Shown: positions 40,582 through 52,572, numbered from the stretch's first letter. The stretch: 64,000 nucleotides of DNA from Vulcanimicrobiota bacterium (GCA_963714015.1 OY970223.1:64001-128000); one strand, 5' to 3'. Translations and numbers: made by a program. The notes: a model not told the origin generated them from the sequence alone.

Positions 40582-41043
40582 ATGCTTCTGCAGACCTTGG
40601 CCGCAGCGGCAATGCTTGCGGCGTCGACACCTTCGCCGGCTGCCGTGGTGGATGCAACGATGGCCGGCAGCGTCAGTTCCGCCACGGCGAAAGTAGGCGA
40701 TAGTTTTACATTCACAACTGTCCAACCGGTTCAGGTGAACGGCTTGCATATTCCGGCGGGGACGCTCGGCCACGGCGTCGTGACCGCGGTCTCTGCCGCA
40801 GCCGGAACACACCGAGGCACGCTGTCGCTGCAGCCGCAGTACTTAATCCTCGCCGGCGGAACGCATGAACCCGTGCAGGCCGTCGACTCGACCGCGTACG
40901 CGGCTCGCAGGCATCTCTTTCCGTTTCCGGTTCCGTTACCGGGAGTGATCTTAATCGGCGGCGTTCAGAACCCGGGTTCGGATGTAACGATTGGCCCCGG
41001 TACGCATTTCCGAATATCGATACTTCCAAATGAAACGCACTGA
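40582..41043 (+). CDS. hypothetical secreted beta-rich protein
   Basis: signal peptide; VSSATAKVGDSFTF...IPAGTLGHG. Confidence 0.6.
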   Translation: MLLQTLAAAAMLAASTPSPAAVVDATMAGSVSSATAKVGDSFTFTTVQPVQVNGLHIPAGTLGHGVVTAVSAAAGTHRGTLSLQPQYLILAGGTHEPVQAVDSTAYAARRHLFPFPVPLPGVILIGGVQNPGSDVTIGPGTHFRISILPNETH

Positions 41044-41150
41044 CAGGAGATTTACTCGCACACGTCCGCCTGCTTCCCCGCCTTTTCATTGGTTCCGTTC
41101 GTCGTGAATAGCCGAGCAGCCCGATGCAATCGGGAGTATGGGAGGCTACT

Positions 41151-42359
41151 ATGGAATCAGTTCGTCAGTCAGGGCAGCGGATCGTCGAATTCGGCATCTA
41201 CCGAGACGGCGACAACAATTTGGACCAGTCGCAAGGCGTAACGTTGCGGCAAGCGCTTCAGAGCAGCGCCAAGGATTCGGGGATTGAGTACACCGTCCAG
41301 GATACGACGTCGATCGGCACGGGGGAATTGCGCACCGATTCGTTCACGATAGCCGACGGCGGCGTCGGTCAGGCCGCAATTGATTCACCGCATGACATGG
41401 CGTCCGAAAAGAATCTGGCGCACTTCGTCGCGCACGTGCTCGACAACGCAGAGAGCAGCGGCGCGAAGCAAACGTGGATCGAACTGACGGATCACGGCGC
41501 CGGTGACGGCGGCGGGCTCGAAGCGGACAGCGCCCGCCAAATCATGCCGATGCCCAAGATGGCGCAGGCCATCGCCGACGGCGTAAAGCTGCACGCGCAA
41601 GAACACCCTGAAGACGCCGGACGCAACGTCGACGGCGTGGTTGCCAATCAGTGTCTGATGTCGAGCCTTGGCTTTGCGGACGCACTCTCGCATGCCGGCG
41701 TAAAATATTTGGCCGCCAGTCCGGAAACGATGGTTTCACCGGGAGTCCCCAGCAGCGTCGCCGACGCGATCGTCAAACACTCGGACGATCCGCAGGGCAT
41801 GGCGAACGCGCTCGTCACCGACGTAATGCATCAGAAGTACGGCGCCGGCGACCAGACGTGGGGCCCCGCAGCGGCGTTCGACGTTTTGGATTTGGACCGC
41901 AGTAAGATGAAGGGCGTCGAGCACGCCGTCAAATCGTTGGACGACGCCATAGCGGCGCGTGGCAACGACTCTGCCGAGATTCGTGCCGTTCGTGAAGACG
42001 CGCGTTCCGTTGACGGCATGGTCCGGTTTCCTGAATCCAAACCCAACATGCCCTGGCACGCAGACCGGCCGGCGATCGCGCTCTACGACGCGCTCGCTAG
42101 AGATTCGCGCTTGGATCCGACGCTGCGGCACGACGCAGCGGCGGCAAAAGATGCAGTGTCCAGCGTCGTAATCGCTCACAAAGAGAGCAAGAGCTTCGCG
42201 CCGTTCGGCGGATCGAGCTATTCCGATGCTGCGGGTCCTACGACGCACTTCCCGGTCAAGCCGGCCCAAATCGATCCGTGGGCGCCGCGGGTGAGCGAAA
42301 CGAACAACCGCTTCTTCAAAGAGACGGACGCAGCGGCCGCAGAGCGCGTCGTCGCATAA
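41151..42359 (+). CDS. clostripain (peptidase C11)-like cysteine peptidase
   Basis: DGDNNL, TDHGAG (His), NQCLMS (Cys), YLAASPET. Confidence 0.65.
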   Translation: MESVRQSGQRIVEFGIYRDGDNNLDQSQGVTLRQALQSSAKDSGIEYTVQDTTSIGTGELRTDSFTIADGGVGQAAIDSPHDMASEKNLAHFVAHVLDNAESSGAKQTWIELTDHGAGDGGGLEADSARQIMPMPKMAQAIADGVKLHAQEHPEDAGRNVDGVVANQCLMSSLGFADALSHAGVKYLAASPETMVSPGVPSSVADAIVKHSDDPQGMANALVTDVMHQKYGAGDQTWGPAAAFDVLDLDRSKMKGVEHAVKSLDDAIAARGNDSAEIRAVREDARSVDGMVRFPESKPNMPWHADRPAIALYDALARDSRLDPTLRHDAAAAKDAVSSVVIAHKESKSFAPFGGSSYSDAAGPTTHFPVKPAQIDPWAPRVSETNNRFFKETDAAAAERVVA

Positions 42360-42407
42360 CGCCGCTTGCAGGATGACCTTTAGCGGTACACAGAAACGAA
42401 AGCGTCC

Positions 42408-42846
42408 ATGAATCCGCAGCCGACGACCGGTGAGATCCTCGAAGTGCTGCTCGACTTCCGCGACGCCGTTTCGAACCGATTCGACTTCGTCGATCGGACG
42501 CTCGCGGAACATTCTCGCGTATTGGAGCAACACTCTCAAACGCTGAACCGCCACGATCGCAAGCTCCAGTCGATTGACTTTCGGCTGGAGGGGGTCGACG
42601 AGCGGCTCGACACAATGGACGAGCGTTTCGACGGAGTCGATCGGCGGCTCGACAAAATGGACGAGCGTTTCGACGGAGTCGATCGGCGGCTCGACAAGAT
42701 GGACGAGCGTTTCGACGGAGTCGATCGGCGGTTCGACAAAGATGGACGAGCGTTTCGACGGAGTCGATCGGCGGTTCGACAAGATGGACGAGCGTTTCGA
42801 CGGAATGGATCGGCGGCTCGAGGTAATGGGGCAATACAGACGATAG
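42408..42846 (+). CDS. coiled-coil protein built from 14-aa repeats, with a +1 frameshift near 42740
   Basis: MDERFDGVDRRLDK repeats; reading frame resumes in ORF ending at 42846. Confidence 0.7.
42590..42822 (+). repeat. 42-bp coding tandem repeat, about 5.5 copies
   Basis: ATGGACGAGCGTTTCGACGGAGTCGATCGGCGGYTCGACAAR units start at 42615, 42657, 42699, 42742 and 42784. Confidence 0.95.
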
Positions 42847-42851
42847 CGGTT

Positions 42852-43259
42852 CTAATGCAAGACGATCGCTACTGCCAGCAAAATTGCCGCGGCGTCTTCG
42901 ACGATCGCTGCAGGAATCGCATGAATCGCCGAGATGAGCCGCTCGCGCATAGCAAATCCGACATACGTTCCCGCGGCCGCTCCGGCGATACCGAGAACGG
43001 CACCCAGACTCGGGACGTCGCCGGCCGCTCCCGCGAGCATTGCCCCGCAGAATCCGCCGCTGAGGATCCGGACGAAGGGCGAGGGGAACGACGTTCGCGG
43101 GGGCACGTTGGGCAGCGCGTCAACGACGTACTCGCCTACGGCACAGGCCGCCAGCGCTAGTCCAACCCAGCCGCCGCGCAGAGCCAGATAAAGCACCGCA
43201 GCCGGGGTAAAAACCCTTAGGCCGGCTACGAACCCGATGGCGAAGGCAAGCAATACCAT
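42852..43259 (-). CDS. DUF4126-like small membrane protein
   Basis: IGFVAGLRVFTPAA, GEYVVDALPNVPPRT, AIVEDAAAI. Confidence 0.7.
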   Translation of the reverse strand: MVLLAFAIGFVAGLRVFTPAAVLYLALRGGWVGLALAACAVGEYVVDALPNVPPRTSFPSPFVRILSGGFCGAMLAGAAGDVPSLGAVLGIAGAAAGTYVGFAMRERLISAIHAIPAAIVEDAAAILLAVAIVLH

Positions 43260-43311
43260 CCGTTGATTGTGCCAGACCGAAACATCCGCGGTCGCCGACC
43301 GATATAGGAAG

Positions 43312-43653
43312 ATGATGCCTGCACCCCCTGTCCTGTTCTCCGCGATGAAGAATTTCCGGCGCGTGATGCCGCTGATGCGCGACCTTCGGGTGCCGTTCGG
43401 CCTCAAAGCCGGAACGGTGGCCATGGCGCTGCTCATCATCTCGCCGCTGGACATCTTCGGCGACATTCCGATTCTGGGTTTGCTCGACGACGCGGTCTTG
43501 CTGACGCTGCTCGCCATGCTGTTCGTGAAGATTGCCGCGCGCGCGATCGAGCGCAACGTCACGCCGCGCCCGGTCACGCGGCCGAATAACGGCTCCCAGC
43601 CGTCCGGCAGCACGGTGCAGCTCCCGCCTGCGCGGCCGATCCGAAAAGCCTGA
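43312..43653 (+). CDS. YkvA/DUF1232 family protein; start uncertain
   Basis: ISPLDIFGDIPILGLLDDAVLL. Confidence 0.75.
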   Translation: MMPAPPVLFSAMKNFRRVMPLMRDLRVPFGLKAGTVAMALLIISPLDIFGDIPILGLLDDAVLLTLLAMLFVKIAARAIERNVTPRPVTRPNNGSQPSGSTVQLPPARPIRKA

Positions 43654-43662
43654 GCCTTCCGG

Positions 43663-45669
43663 CTACTTCTCGAGTACTACGCGCTCGGGATAGATCGGGC
43701 GATTGATGATGCGCTCGAGCGTTTTGGCGTCCGCGGTGAGAATCAATTCGCAGAAACGGGCAAAATCTTCCCGCGCCGCTTCACCTTCGGCAAAGCGTTC
43801 GTTTTTGGTCAGATCCACTTTACCGTTGACGGCGCGAAACCGCAAATAGCGGCCGTCGTCGTCGATCCCGCTTTCCAGGAGCCCTTCGTCCTCGAAGATT
43901 CGTGCCGCTACGCTAACGGTGCGATCGTTGGCCTTGTCCAAATCGAGCGTCCGAGCGATATCGGTAAACGTCATGCGCAGCTCGCCGCCTCGCGCCAATT
44001 CGCGCATGCCCTTGTACAATTCACGAAGGACCGCGATGGTCGGCGTCTCTTGATCGATGATGAACTCGTTGATGCGGCGATCGCTCGGGCCGAACAGCAA
44101 ATGAATCTGCGCGTCAACGCCGTCGCGTCCGGCTCGACCTGCCTGCTGGTTGAATTCGGTAAAGTCAAAGTTCAGATGATAGAGCACGACGTTCCGAACG
44201 TCGGGCAGGTCGATACCTTCTCCGAACGCTGAAGTCGCAACGATGATACGCAGGGCTCCGCTGCGGAACATGGACTCGACTTCAGCCCGCTCGCTCGAGG
44301 GCATCCCGGCGTGGTAGAACATCACCTCGTCGCGGTAACGGCGGCGCAGCGCCTCGGCGGTCTTGGTCGCTTCGCTGCGCGAATTGCAGTAGACGATACC
44401 CTTTCCGGTTGCGTCGTCGAAAAGATCGGTTAGGTACTTCACTTTGTCGCGCGTCGCGCGTGCATCGACAACGTGCAGATTCTCGCGCACGGTCGGATCG
44501 ACGACCCATGCATCGATCCGCAGATCCCGGACGATCTGCTTGAACGAATCGTCGCCCGCGGTTGCCGTAAGCGCGAGCACCTGCGCGCCGCCGAACGACG
44601 CGATCGTCGCTCCGAGTTTGCCATACGCTGGGCGGTGCTTTGACTCGAAGATGTGGTGCGCTTCGTCGACAACCAGAAACGAGGGCGAGCTTCGGCCGGT
44701 GAATGCCTCACGATGAAACTGCAGAAATTCGGGCGTTGCCAAGACGATGTCCCAACTGCCGCTCGCCAACGCCTCGTTCAGCGCTCTGCGTTCGTCCGCG
44801 CCGATCGATCCGTTCGCGCGAAGAATGCGCAGTCCTAAGGAGTCGAGGCGCCGCGAAAGCGCGTCGAATTGGTCGTTCGCCAGCGCCCGGAGCGGATAGA
44901 TGACCAGCGTCTTTTGCTCGGATTCGAGTGCGCGGTATACGGCCGGATACTGAAAACAGAACGACTTGCCGCGGCCGGTTCCCATTACGGCCAAGGTATT
45001 TCTTCCCGACTCTATGCGCGCAAGCACGGCAAGCTGCGGGTCCCGCGCACGAGCATCGCCCAGAAGCGCCCTGCGAACCGTTTCGTGATCCGCTTGCGCC
45101 CGCGACTGGACGGCGAACGCGTCGGGAGGCCGTTGAACCTCGCGTTCGACCCGAATGTTCGCACCGAAGTTTTTGACTTGGTCAGTGCCTTTGAGCGATG
45201 ACGTTCCGCCGGTGACGTGCTCGATGCGGGCTCGATAGCGTCCCCCAGCATCGATAATCGGCGCCAGGTGCTTGGCTATTTGCCGGCGCAGAAAGCCCAG
45301 CTGAAGCGCACCGTAATACACCGCGACGGCGTTTTCGTCGACCGGATTTTGCGGCTGACGGCGCAGTTCCAGCTCCAGTCCCGGAACCAGGCCCGCAATC
45401 GTATCTTGACGTCCCTCGAATGAGACCCCGACAATCTTTGTGGGAAACGAATCGCGTTCGCCGATTCCCGCAAAGGGATCGCGCTGCAAAAACTTCGCGC
45501 TTTGCGCGAACATGCTCTCGACGAACGATTGTGTTTCAGGGGAGCGCTCCGCCCCGGACGGCGCAGCGCCGGATGACGCGTCGAAAGACTCGAGCAGTCT
45601 TTCGAAAGCCGCCTCCGACTTAGTCGGAGGCGGCAGAGGTTTATTGGCGGTCCGGCTGCGCCGATTCAT
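43663..45669 (-). CDS. HIRAN domain + RecQ-like DEAH-box helicase
   Basis: TKIVGVSFEGRQ...NPVDENAVAV...LGFL (HIRAN); MGTGRGKS, VDEAHH, ALTATA, QQAGRAGRDG. Confidence 0.85.
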   Translation of the reverse strand: MNRRSRTANKPLPPPTKSEAAFERLLESFDASSGAAPSGAERSPETQSFVESMFAQSAKFLQRDPFAGIGERDSFPTKIVGVSFEGRQDTIAGLVPGLELELRRQPQNPVDENAVAVYYGALQLGFLRRQIAKHLAPIIDAGGRYRARIEHVTGGTSSLKGTDQVKNFGANIRVEREVQRPPDAFAVQSRAQADHETVRRALLGDARARDPQLAVLARIESGRNTLAVMGTGRGKSFCFQYPAVYRALESEQKTLVIYPLRALANDQFDALSRRLDSLGLRILRANGSIGADERRALNEALASGSWDIVLATPEFLQFHREAFTGRSSPSFLVVDEAHHIFESKHRPAYGKLGATIASFGGAQVLALTATAGDDSFKQIVRDLRIDAWVVDPTVRENLHVVDARATRDKVKYLTDLFDDATGKGIVYCNSRSEATKTAEALRRRYRDEVMFYHAGMPSSERAEVESMFRSGALRIIVATSAFGEGIDLPDVRNVVLYHLNFDFTEFNQQAGRAGRDGVDAQIHLLFGPSDRRINEFIIDQETPTIAVLRELYKGMRELARGGELRMTFTDIARTLDLDKANDRTVSVAARIFEDEGLLESGIDDDGRYLRFRAVNGKVDLTKNERFAEGEAAREDFARFCELILTADAKTLERIINRPIYPERVVLEK

Positions 45670-46984
45670 CGTGCGGCGGCAGCGGCTGCTCCGGTTCGAA
45701 CTCGTCCAGGTTCAAACTGATCTCTTCATGTCCCTGATCCATCGCGGCTTCGTGCAGTCCCGAACGTTGAGCGTCGAGCGGATCGATCTCTTCATCGTAC
45801 GACTCCGGCGCTTCCTCGATGACAGTCGTTGCCGTGGGCGACGCCGAGTCCGTCCGTTTGCGTTTGTATCTTGTGGGCGCGGCCGAAACGGGACGCGGCG
45901 TCTTGGCCTTCTCCCGTCGCGCTTTGCGCGCCGCGACGATGTCTTCGCGCGCAATGCCGGCATGCGATCCGAGCGCCTTGCTCTCGGCAACGCTGCGCGC
46001 CGAACGCGTACGATCCGAAGACAACCCGGCCGCCCGCTTACGCGCGGCCTGCACGAGCTGACGTTTGCGGAACCCGAGCACCAGCGGCGCCGAGAAGAAA
46101 ATCGAGTGGTAGCCGCCGGAGCAAATGCCGACCAGCAGCGCGAAGGCGAAGTTCTTGAGCGATCCGCCGCCCAGCGCCAGCAGCGCGACCAAGGTGATGA
46201 CGACCGTCGCCAAGGTGTTGAACGAGCGGGTCATCGTCTGCAAGATCGACGTGTTGACGATCTTCTCGTAGGGCGCGCCCGCCATGACCTTCGTGTTCTC
46301 GCGAATACGGTCGAGGATGACGATCGTGTCCATGACTGAGTAACCGATGACGGTCAGCACGGCCGCCAGGAACGCGTCGTCGGCCTTCTTGCCGGCCATC
46401 GCGTAGATGCCGACCATCATGAACGCATCGCGAACCAGCGCGATGACGGTGACCAGACCGAAGATGTAGTTCCATCCGAACCGGAACGCAATGTAGATGA
46501 ATTGGATGACAAGCGCGATGACGAGCGCTTCGATCGCCTTGGTCAAATATTCGCGCCCGAGCGTCGGACCTACGGAGGTAATCTGCGATCTTTGCCGGTC
46601 CACCGGTGCGAGTTTGCCGAGCGCCGTCCACAGTTGCGGCGTGCTGTTGCCGAAGGCGACCTGCGTCTCTTCGACGTCGTAGCGCATCCAGCCGTTGCCC
46701 GTCTGATTGCCGACGGTGCGGAGTTCCATATCGGTGACGCCAAGCGAATTGAACGTCGATCGGACGGCCTGCTGCGTAACGGGCTGCGTGAAGTTCACGC
46801 TGATCGACGTGCCGCCCGTAAACGAGAGGCCGAGCTGCATCATCTTGCCGGGCTGAAAGCCGTGGCCGCCGGCAAAGCCGTGATAGAACATCGAACCGAG
46901 GCCGGCCGCAATGAGCAGAGACGAGATGAGAGAGACGGTACGAAACCATCCGACGATGTTCCAGTTCAGTCTGCGGAAAAACAT
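45641..46984 (-). CDS. secF: protein translocase subunit SecF
   Basis: GLSFTGG, VGPTLG, VIGYSVMDTIVILDRIREN. Confidence 0.95.
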   Translation of the reverse strand: MFFRRLNWNIVGWFRTVSLISSLLIAAGLGSMFYHGFAGGHGFQPGKMMQLGLSFTGGTSISVNFTQPVTQQAVRSTFNSLGVTDMELRTVGNQTGNGWMRYDVEETQVAFGNSTPQLWTALGKLAPVDRQRSQITSVGPTLGREYLTKAIEALVIALVIQFIYIAFRFGWNYIFGLVTVIALVRDAFMMVGIYAMAGKKADDAFLAAVLTVIGYSVMDTIVILDRIRENTKVMAGAPYEKIVNTSILQTMTRSFNTLATVVITLVALLALGGGSLKNFAFALLVGICSGGYHSIFFSAPLVLGFRKRQLVQAARKRAAGLSSDRTRSARSVAESKALGSHAGIAREDIVAARKARREKAKTPRPVSAAPTRYKRKRTDSASPTATTVIEEAPESYDEEIDPLDAQRSGLHEAAMDQGHEEISLNLDEFEPEQPLPPHDESAQPDRQ

Positions 46985-46987
46985 CGG

Positions 46988-48337
<1,350 letters not shown>

Positions 48338-48441
48338 TGCATACCATAAGAAAAAGCGGTGCCCGCCACATGGGCGGGTCAAACCCTAAGAGTCTAACAG
48401 CCCGGGGTTGGACCGTCAAATTGGGGCCTCTCGGAATTCTC

Positions 48442-50505
48442 CTAGGCCGCCTGCGGCCCTTGTGCTCCTTCCTTAAAAGGATCATCCTTAACGATTCCGG
48501 CCGGAACGATTCGCACTTCCGAGGGCACCTCGGCATAACTGCAGACGTTCAGACGCAAGCCTGAACGAAGGAAAAAGTCGGCGAGCAACGGGCGAACGGA
48601 TCCCGTGCAGAGCAGCATCCCGTGCCCCTCGGGAAGGGACCGTGCATAGGCCGCAGCTTGGTCGCGGATCCAAAGCGCTGCCTCCGGTTCCACTCCCAGC
48701 GGGCCTGCGTGAAGCGACTCGGCCAGCCGCCGCTCGAGCTCGGGGTCCAGGAGCAGCGGCTCGACCGTCTCGACTCCCCGCCGGCGGAGCTGGGCCGGAA
48801 GCAGCACCTTTCGTGCCGCTTCGGCGAGGTCGCGAGGATCGCGGCTCGTCGCGCAGGCTTCGATCATCGCTTCGAGCACCGCCACCGGGTCGCGCGGCCA
48901 AACGCGCTCTCGAAGAAGCAGGCCGAACGCTTTCTGCACCGCGGCCAGCGGGAGCGCGTCGGTTCCGACTTCTTTTACGACGGTCGGAACGCTGACGCGC
49001 AGATGTTCGAGCAACGTTTGCAATTCTTGCCTACCCAGCAGCACCGCCGCATAGCTGCGGGCGACTTCGGCAAGGTGCGAGCCCGCGACGGAGATCGGAT
49101 CGAATACGAGCGCGCCTTCTTCCAGTGCCGCCTCACGGTGGTCCGGCTCGATCCACTTGGCGTTCAATCCGTAGACAGGCTCGAGCGCGGCAATTCCATC
49201 CAGACGTTCCAGCACCGCGTCGTCGGCGACGGCGAGCATGCGCGTCAGATCCAGCCATCCTTCACCGGCGAGCTCATCGCGAACGCGAATGCCGTAGGTA
49301 TCCGGATCGCGCGCCAGATCGTCGCGCAGTCTCACGCCGGGCAAAACGATACCGATCTCGGCCGCAAGCGCGCGGCGCACTTCACCGACGCGATCGAGCA
49401 GTGCGTCCGCAAGCGGAGGGGCGAGAAGTTGCGCGAGGTTCGCGCCGATTTCGATGCAGACCGCGTCGACGCCGACCAATCCTAACGCGAGTTCCGGACG
49501 GCGAATCGCTTGGCGCTTCGCGAGTTCGCGCTCCTGTCTTGCGCTCTGCAAGACGAACTGATTGCGCTTTTGCGCAAAGTGGGCGGCGGCGAACGCGCAC
49601 GTACCCAAAACGATGAACACCGGCCGAGGCAACGCCGGAACGAGCGCAAGTGCAAAGAGCAGGCCGCCGGCCACCCGCAGGATCTCCGGACGCGCGAAGA
49701 GCTGCGCCGCCAAGTCGGATCCGAGCGAGCCGTCCGAAGCGACGCGAGTGACCATCATGCCCATCGCCGTGGAGATCAAGAACGCGGGCAGCGTCGTGAC
49801 CAGCGCGTTGCCGATGGTAAGCAGGGCATAAGTGCGCAGGGCATCGGACGGCGCCATGCCGTGGTAGACCGCACCCACGATCACACCGCCCGCCAGATTG
49901 AGCGCGACGATGATCAGCGCTGCGATCGCATCGCCCTTCACGAACTTTCCGGCGCCGTCCATTGCGCCGTAAAAATCGGCTTCTCTTTGCACCAATTGGC
50001 GCTTCGCGCGCGCGCCTTCCGCATCGAGAACGCCGGCGTGCACGTCGGCGTCGATGGCCATTTGCTTGCCGGGCATTGCATCGAGCGTGAAGCGCGCGGC
50101 AACCTCGGCGACACGCCCGGAACCGCTCGCGATCACGACGAACTGGATAGTGATGAGGATCGCGAATACGATCAGACCGACGACAAGATTTCCGCGCACG
50201 ACAAACTCGCCGAACGCAGGGATGATCGCGCCGGCGCCTCCGGGTTCGTGACCTTGCGTAAGAATCAAACGCGTTGCGGAAACGTCGAGCGAAAGGCGGA
50301 ACAGCGTTGCCATGAGCAGTGCGGGCGCAAACGCGGAGAACTCCAGTGGTTCCTCTACGGTTACGCTCAGCAGCAAGACGAGCGCCGACGCGAAGACGTT
50401 GACGCCGAGCAGCAAGTCCAATAACGGCGGCGGCAGCGGAACGATCAGGATAGCGACAATCGACAGGAGCACCGCCGCAAAAGTATACGTTGGAATGCGG
50501 TTCAT
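48442..50505 (-). CDS. flhA: flagellar/T3SS export gate protein FlhA (FHIPEP family)
   Basis: RVAEVAARFTLDAMPGKQMAIDAD, FYGAMDGAGKFVKGDA. Confidence 0.93.
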   Translation of the reverse strand: MNRIPTYTFAAVLLSIVAILIVPLPPPLLDLLLGVNVFASALVLLLSVTVEEPLEFSAFAPALLMATLFRLSLDVSATRLILTQGHEPGGAGAIIPAFGEFVVRGNLVVGLIVFAILITIQFVVIASGSGRVAEVAARFTLDAMPGKQMAIDADVHAGVLDAEGARAKRQLVQREADFYGAMDGAGKFVKGDAIAALIIVALNLAGGVIVGAVYHGMAPSDALRTYALLTIGNALVTTLPAFLISTAMGMMVTRVASDGSLGSDLAAQLFARPEILRVAGGLLFALALVPALPRPVFIVLGTCAFAAAHFAQKRNQFVLQSARQERELAKRQAIRRPELALGLVGVDAVCIEIGANLAQLLAPPLADALLDRVGEVRRALAAEIGIVLPGVRLRDDLARDPDTYGIRVRDELAGEGWLDLTRMLAVADDAVLERLDGIAALEPVYGLNAKWIEPDHREAALEEGALVFDPISVAGSHLAEVARSYAAVLLGRQELQTLLEHLRVSVPTVVKEVGTDALPLAAVQKAFGLLLRERVWPRDPVAVLEAMIEACATSRDPRDLAEAARKVLLPAQLRRRGVETVEPLLLDPELERRLAESLHAGPLGVEPEAALWIRDQAAAYARSLPEGHGMLLCTGSVRPLLADFFLRSGLRLNVCSYAEVPSEVRIVPAGIVKDDPFKEGAQGPQAA

Positions 50506-51497
50506 CGGGCTCCCTGGAGCGCGACGACGATCTCGGCGACGGCGACATACGTTTCGCGCGGAATGAAATCGCCGCTGCGGGCAGCGCCGTAGAGAGCGCG
50601 CGCGAGCGGAACGTCCTCGATAACCGGCACGCCGTGAAGCGCCGCGAGCTCTCTGACGCGCAGCGCGGCTTCATCAGCGGCGCGCACCAGCAGTCGCGGC
50701 ACCGGAACATCGGGAGGACGGTACTCGAGCGCCACTGCGACGTGCGTGGGGTTCACGACGACGAAAGCCGCGTCTTTGACTTTGGCAAGCGAACCGCGCG
50801 AGATCTGACGATGCAGCGATCGCCGGCGCCCGCGCGCGGCCGGGTCGCCGTCGTTCTCCTTTTGGTCGCGTTTGAGCTCTTCGTGCGACATGCGCAGCCG
50901 CTTCCTCCAGCGCTCCAGTTGCACGCCGTAGTCTCCTGCTGCAAAGATCGCGCCGACGACGCATGCGGCGATGCAATTGTGGATCGCACCGGACCAGGCT
51001 GCTTCCCCGACGCTGCGCAGGTCCCCCGAGTGCAGCGCCGCCGCAAAGATTGCACCGAACACGGGGACGATCGCGCAAGCGGACGCGGCGACAGCCACTC
51101 CCGCGCGTGCGACCGTGACGAGCGACTCGCGGGAAAAAGCACGCTTGAGATTCTCCACCGCGTTGAGGCGCTCGGTTTTTATGCTGATGGCGCAAAAGCG
51201 AATGCCTCCGGTTTGAACTGCATTCGCGGCGAGGGCGGCGGCGCCGGCACAAGCCGGCGGCAGAGCGGCGAAGGCGATCGTGCGAACGAATGCGGCGACG
51301 TCGACGATTCCGTGCGCGGCTGAAGTCAGCATTGCGGCCGCCGCGGCGCCCAGTTGCTGAATCGCCCAAGCTGCCGCGGCCAAACCGGTACCGAACGCAA
51401 CCGCTCCGGCCAGTTCGGTCGAGCGAGCGGCGTCGCCCTCGCGCTTGGCCTTCTCCATGCGCGAAGCGGTCGCTTCAAATGGTTTTTCTTCGGCCAC
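50502..51497 (-). CDS. flhB: export switch protein FlhB
   Basis: EKPFEAT...KAKREG, LRMSHEELK, NPTH autocleavage motif. Confidence 0.92.
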   Translation of the reverse strand: MAEEKPFEATASRMEKAKREGDAARSTELAGAVAFGTGLAAAAWAIQQLGAAAAAMLTSAAHGIVDVAAFVRTIAFAALPPACAGAAALAANAVQTGGIRFCAISIKTERLNAVENLKRAFSRESLVTVARAGVAVAASACAIVPVFGAIFAAALHSGDLRSVGEAAWSGAIHNCIAACVVGAIFAAGDYGVQLERWRKRLRMSHEELKRDQKENDGDPAARGRRRSLHRQISRGSLAKVKDAAFVVVNPTHVAVALEYRPPDVPVPRLLVRAADEAALRVRELAALHGVPVIEDVPLARALYGAARSGDFIPRETYVAVAEIVVALQGAR

Positions 51498-51498
51498 G

Positions 51499-52218
51499 TC
51501 AATGCGCCGGCAAAAATGGAATTTGCAGCCACGGCGCGGCGCTCCGATCGAAAACGATCGGAATGCTAAGGAGCGTGGCGCATACGGCCGTGCCGAAGAC
51601 GAGCGGAAATGAAAGCGTGAACGTAGCGAAGCGAGGAATGACGCGCGAGAGCGCCGCCAGCGTCACCTGCACCACAAAGGCGAGTGCGATCGCAGGAGCG
51701 GCTACCAAGAGTGCGGCTTCCACGATCGAAAGCGGCAGCGCCGCGGCAAATTCGTACACGTCGCGCGATGCCGGAAGAACCCCCGGCGGCACGCTTCGAA
51801 AGCTCTGCGCAAACGCGTAGAGGGCAACGCGGTATCCGCCGAGCAAAAAATAGCCTGCGGTGAAGACCATCGACCAGATACGACCGAAGGCGGACGCAGC
51901 GAAGATCTGAACGTTCGGCATGCTGCCGCGGATCCCGACGTAATCGTCGAGCGCGCGCCCGCCGGCATAAGCACCGTCGTAAAGTATCGACGCGCCGATT
52001 CCGATCGCGGCGCCCACGGCAAAATCGCTCGCCGCCGATGCAGCAAGAAGTATTCCGTCAACGTGCCGCGCCGGCTGCACCGCCGGCGTGAGCGCCGCTG
52101 CAAGCAGCAGAGCGAAAGCAGCTCTTACGGCAGACGGCACGCTTGGGTGCGAGAATCCCGGCGCTCGGAAAACGAATCCGGCGCAGCGAGCGAAAACGAG
52201 TAGTGCGGTTGCCGTCAC
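51499..52218 (-). CDS. fliR: export apparatus protein FliR
   Basis: LVFARCAGFVFRAPGF, LSRVIPRF; position between fliQ and flhB. Confidence 0.85.
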   Translation of the reverse strand: MTATALLVFARCAGFVFRAPGFSHPSVPSAVRAAFALLLAAALTPAVQPARHVDGILLAASAASDFAVGAAIGIGASILYDGAYAGGRALDDYVGIRGSMPNVQIFAASAFGRIWSMVFTAGYFLLGGYRVALYAFAQSFRSVPPGVLPASRDVYEFAAALPLSIVEAALLVAAPAIALAFVVQVTLAALSRVIPRFATFTLSFPLVFGTAVCATLLSIPIVFDRSAAPWLQIPFLPAH

Positions 52219-52481
52219 AGGTGGGTAAGGCTGTCGAGCTGAGTGATGACGTCGTTGAAGAGTCCGGCGCACAGATGCATCCCGAACGATCCCGCCAGCG
52301 CCACCATGATTCCGACGCCGAGCAGCTTGGGCAGCAGCGATATCGTCTGTTCCTGAATCTGGGTAGCCGCCTGAAACACTGCGACTGCGGTGCCGATGAG
52401 GGTTGCAACAGCCAGCACGGGGAGACACAGGAGCGCCGCGTCCATGAGCGTTTCGCGCAAGAGCGCATCGAATGCCGCCAT
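52215..52481 (-). CDS. fliQ: export apparatus protein FliQ
   Basis: [18 protein letters not shown]. Confidence 0.92.
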   Translation of the reverse strand: MAAFDALLRETLMDAALLCLPVLAVATLIGTAVAVFQAATQIQEQTISLLPKLLGVGIMVALAGSFGMHLCAGLFNDVITQLDSLTHL

Positions 52482-52572
52482 GCCGCCAAGATACGCGTCG
52501 AAGATTTCCGCTTTGCTACCGGTCCGTTGTCGTTGCAAGAGTCGCGCCGCGCTTGGACAAAAGAGGGAGGCG

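Noticed and set aside
42590..42822. CRISPR or non-coding repeat
   Set aside because: Contiguous 42-bp units with no spacers, in frame with a coiled-coil ORF.
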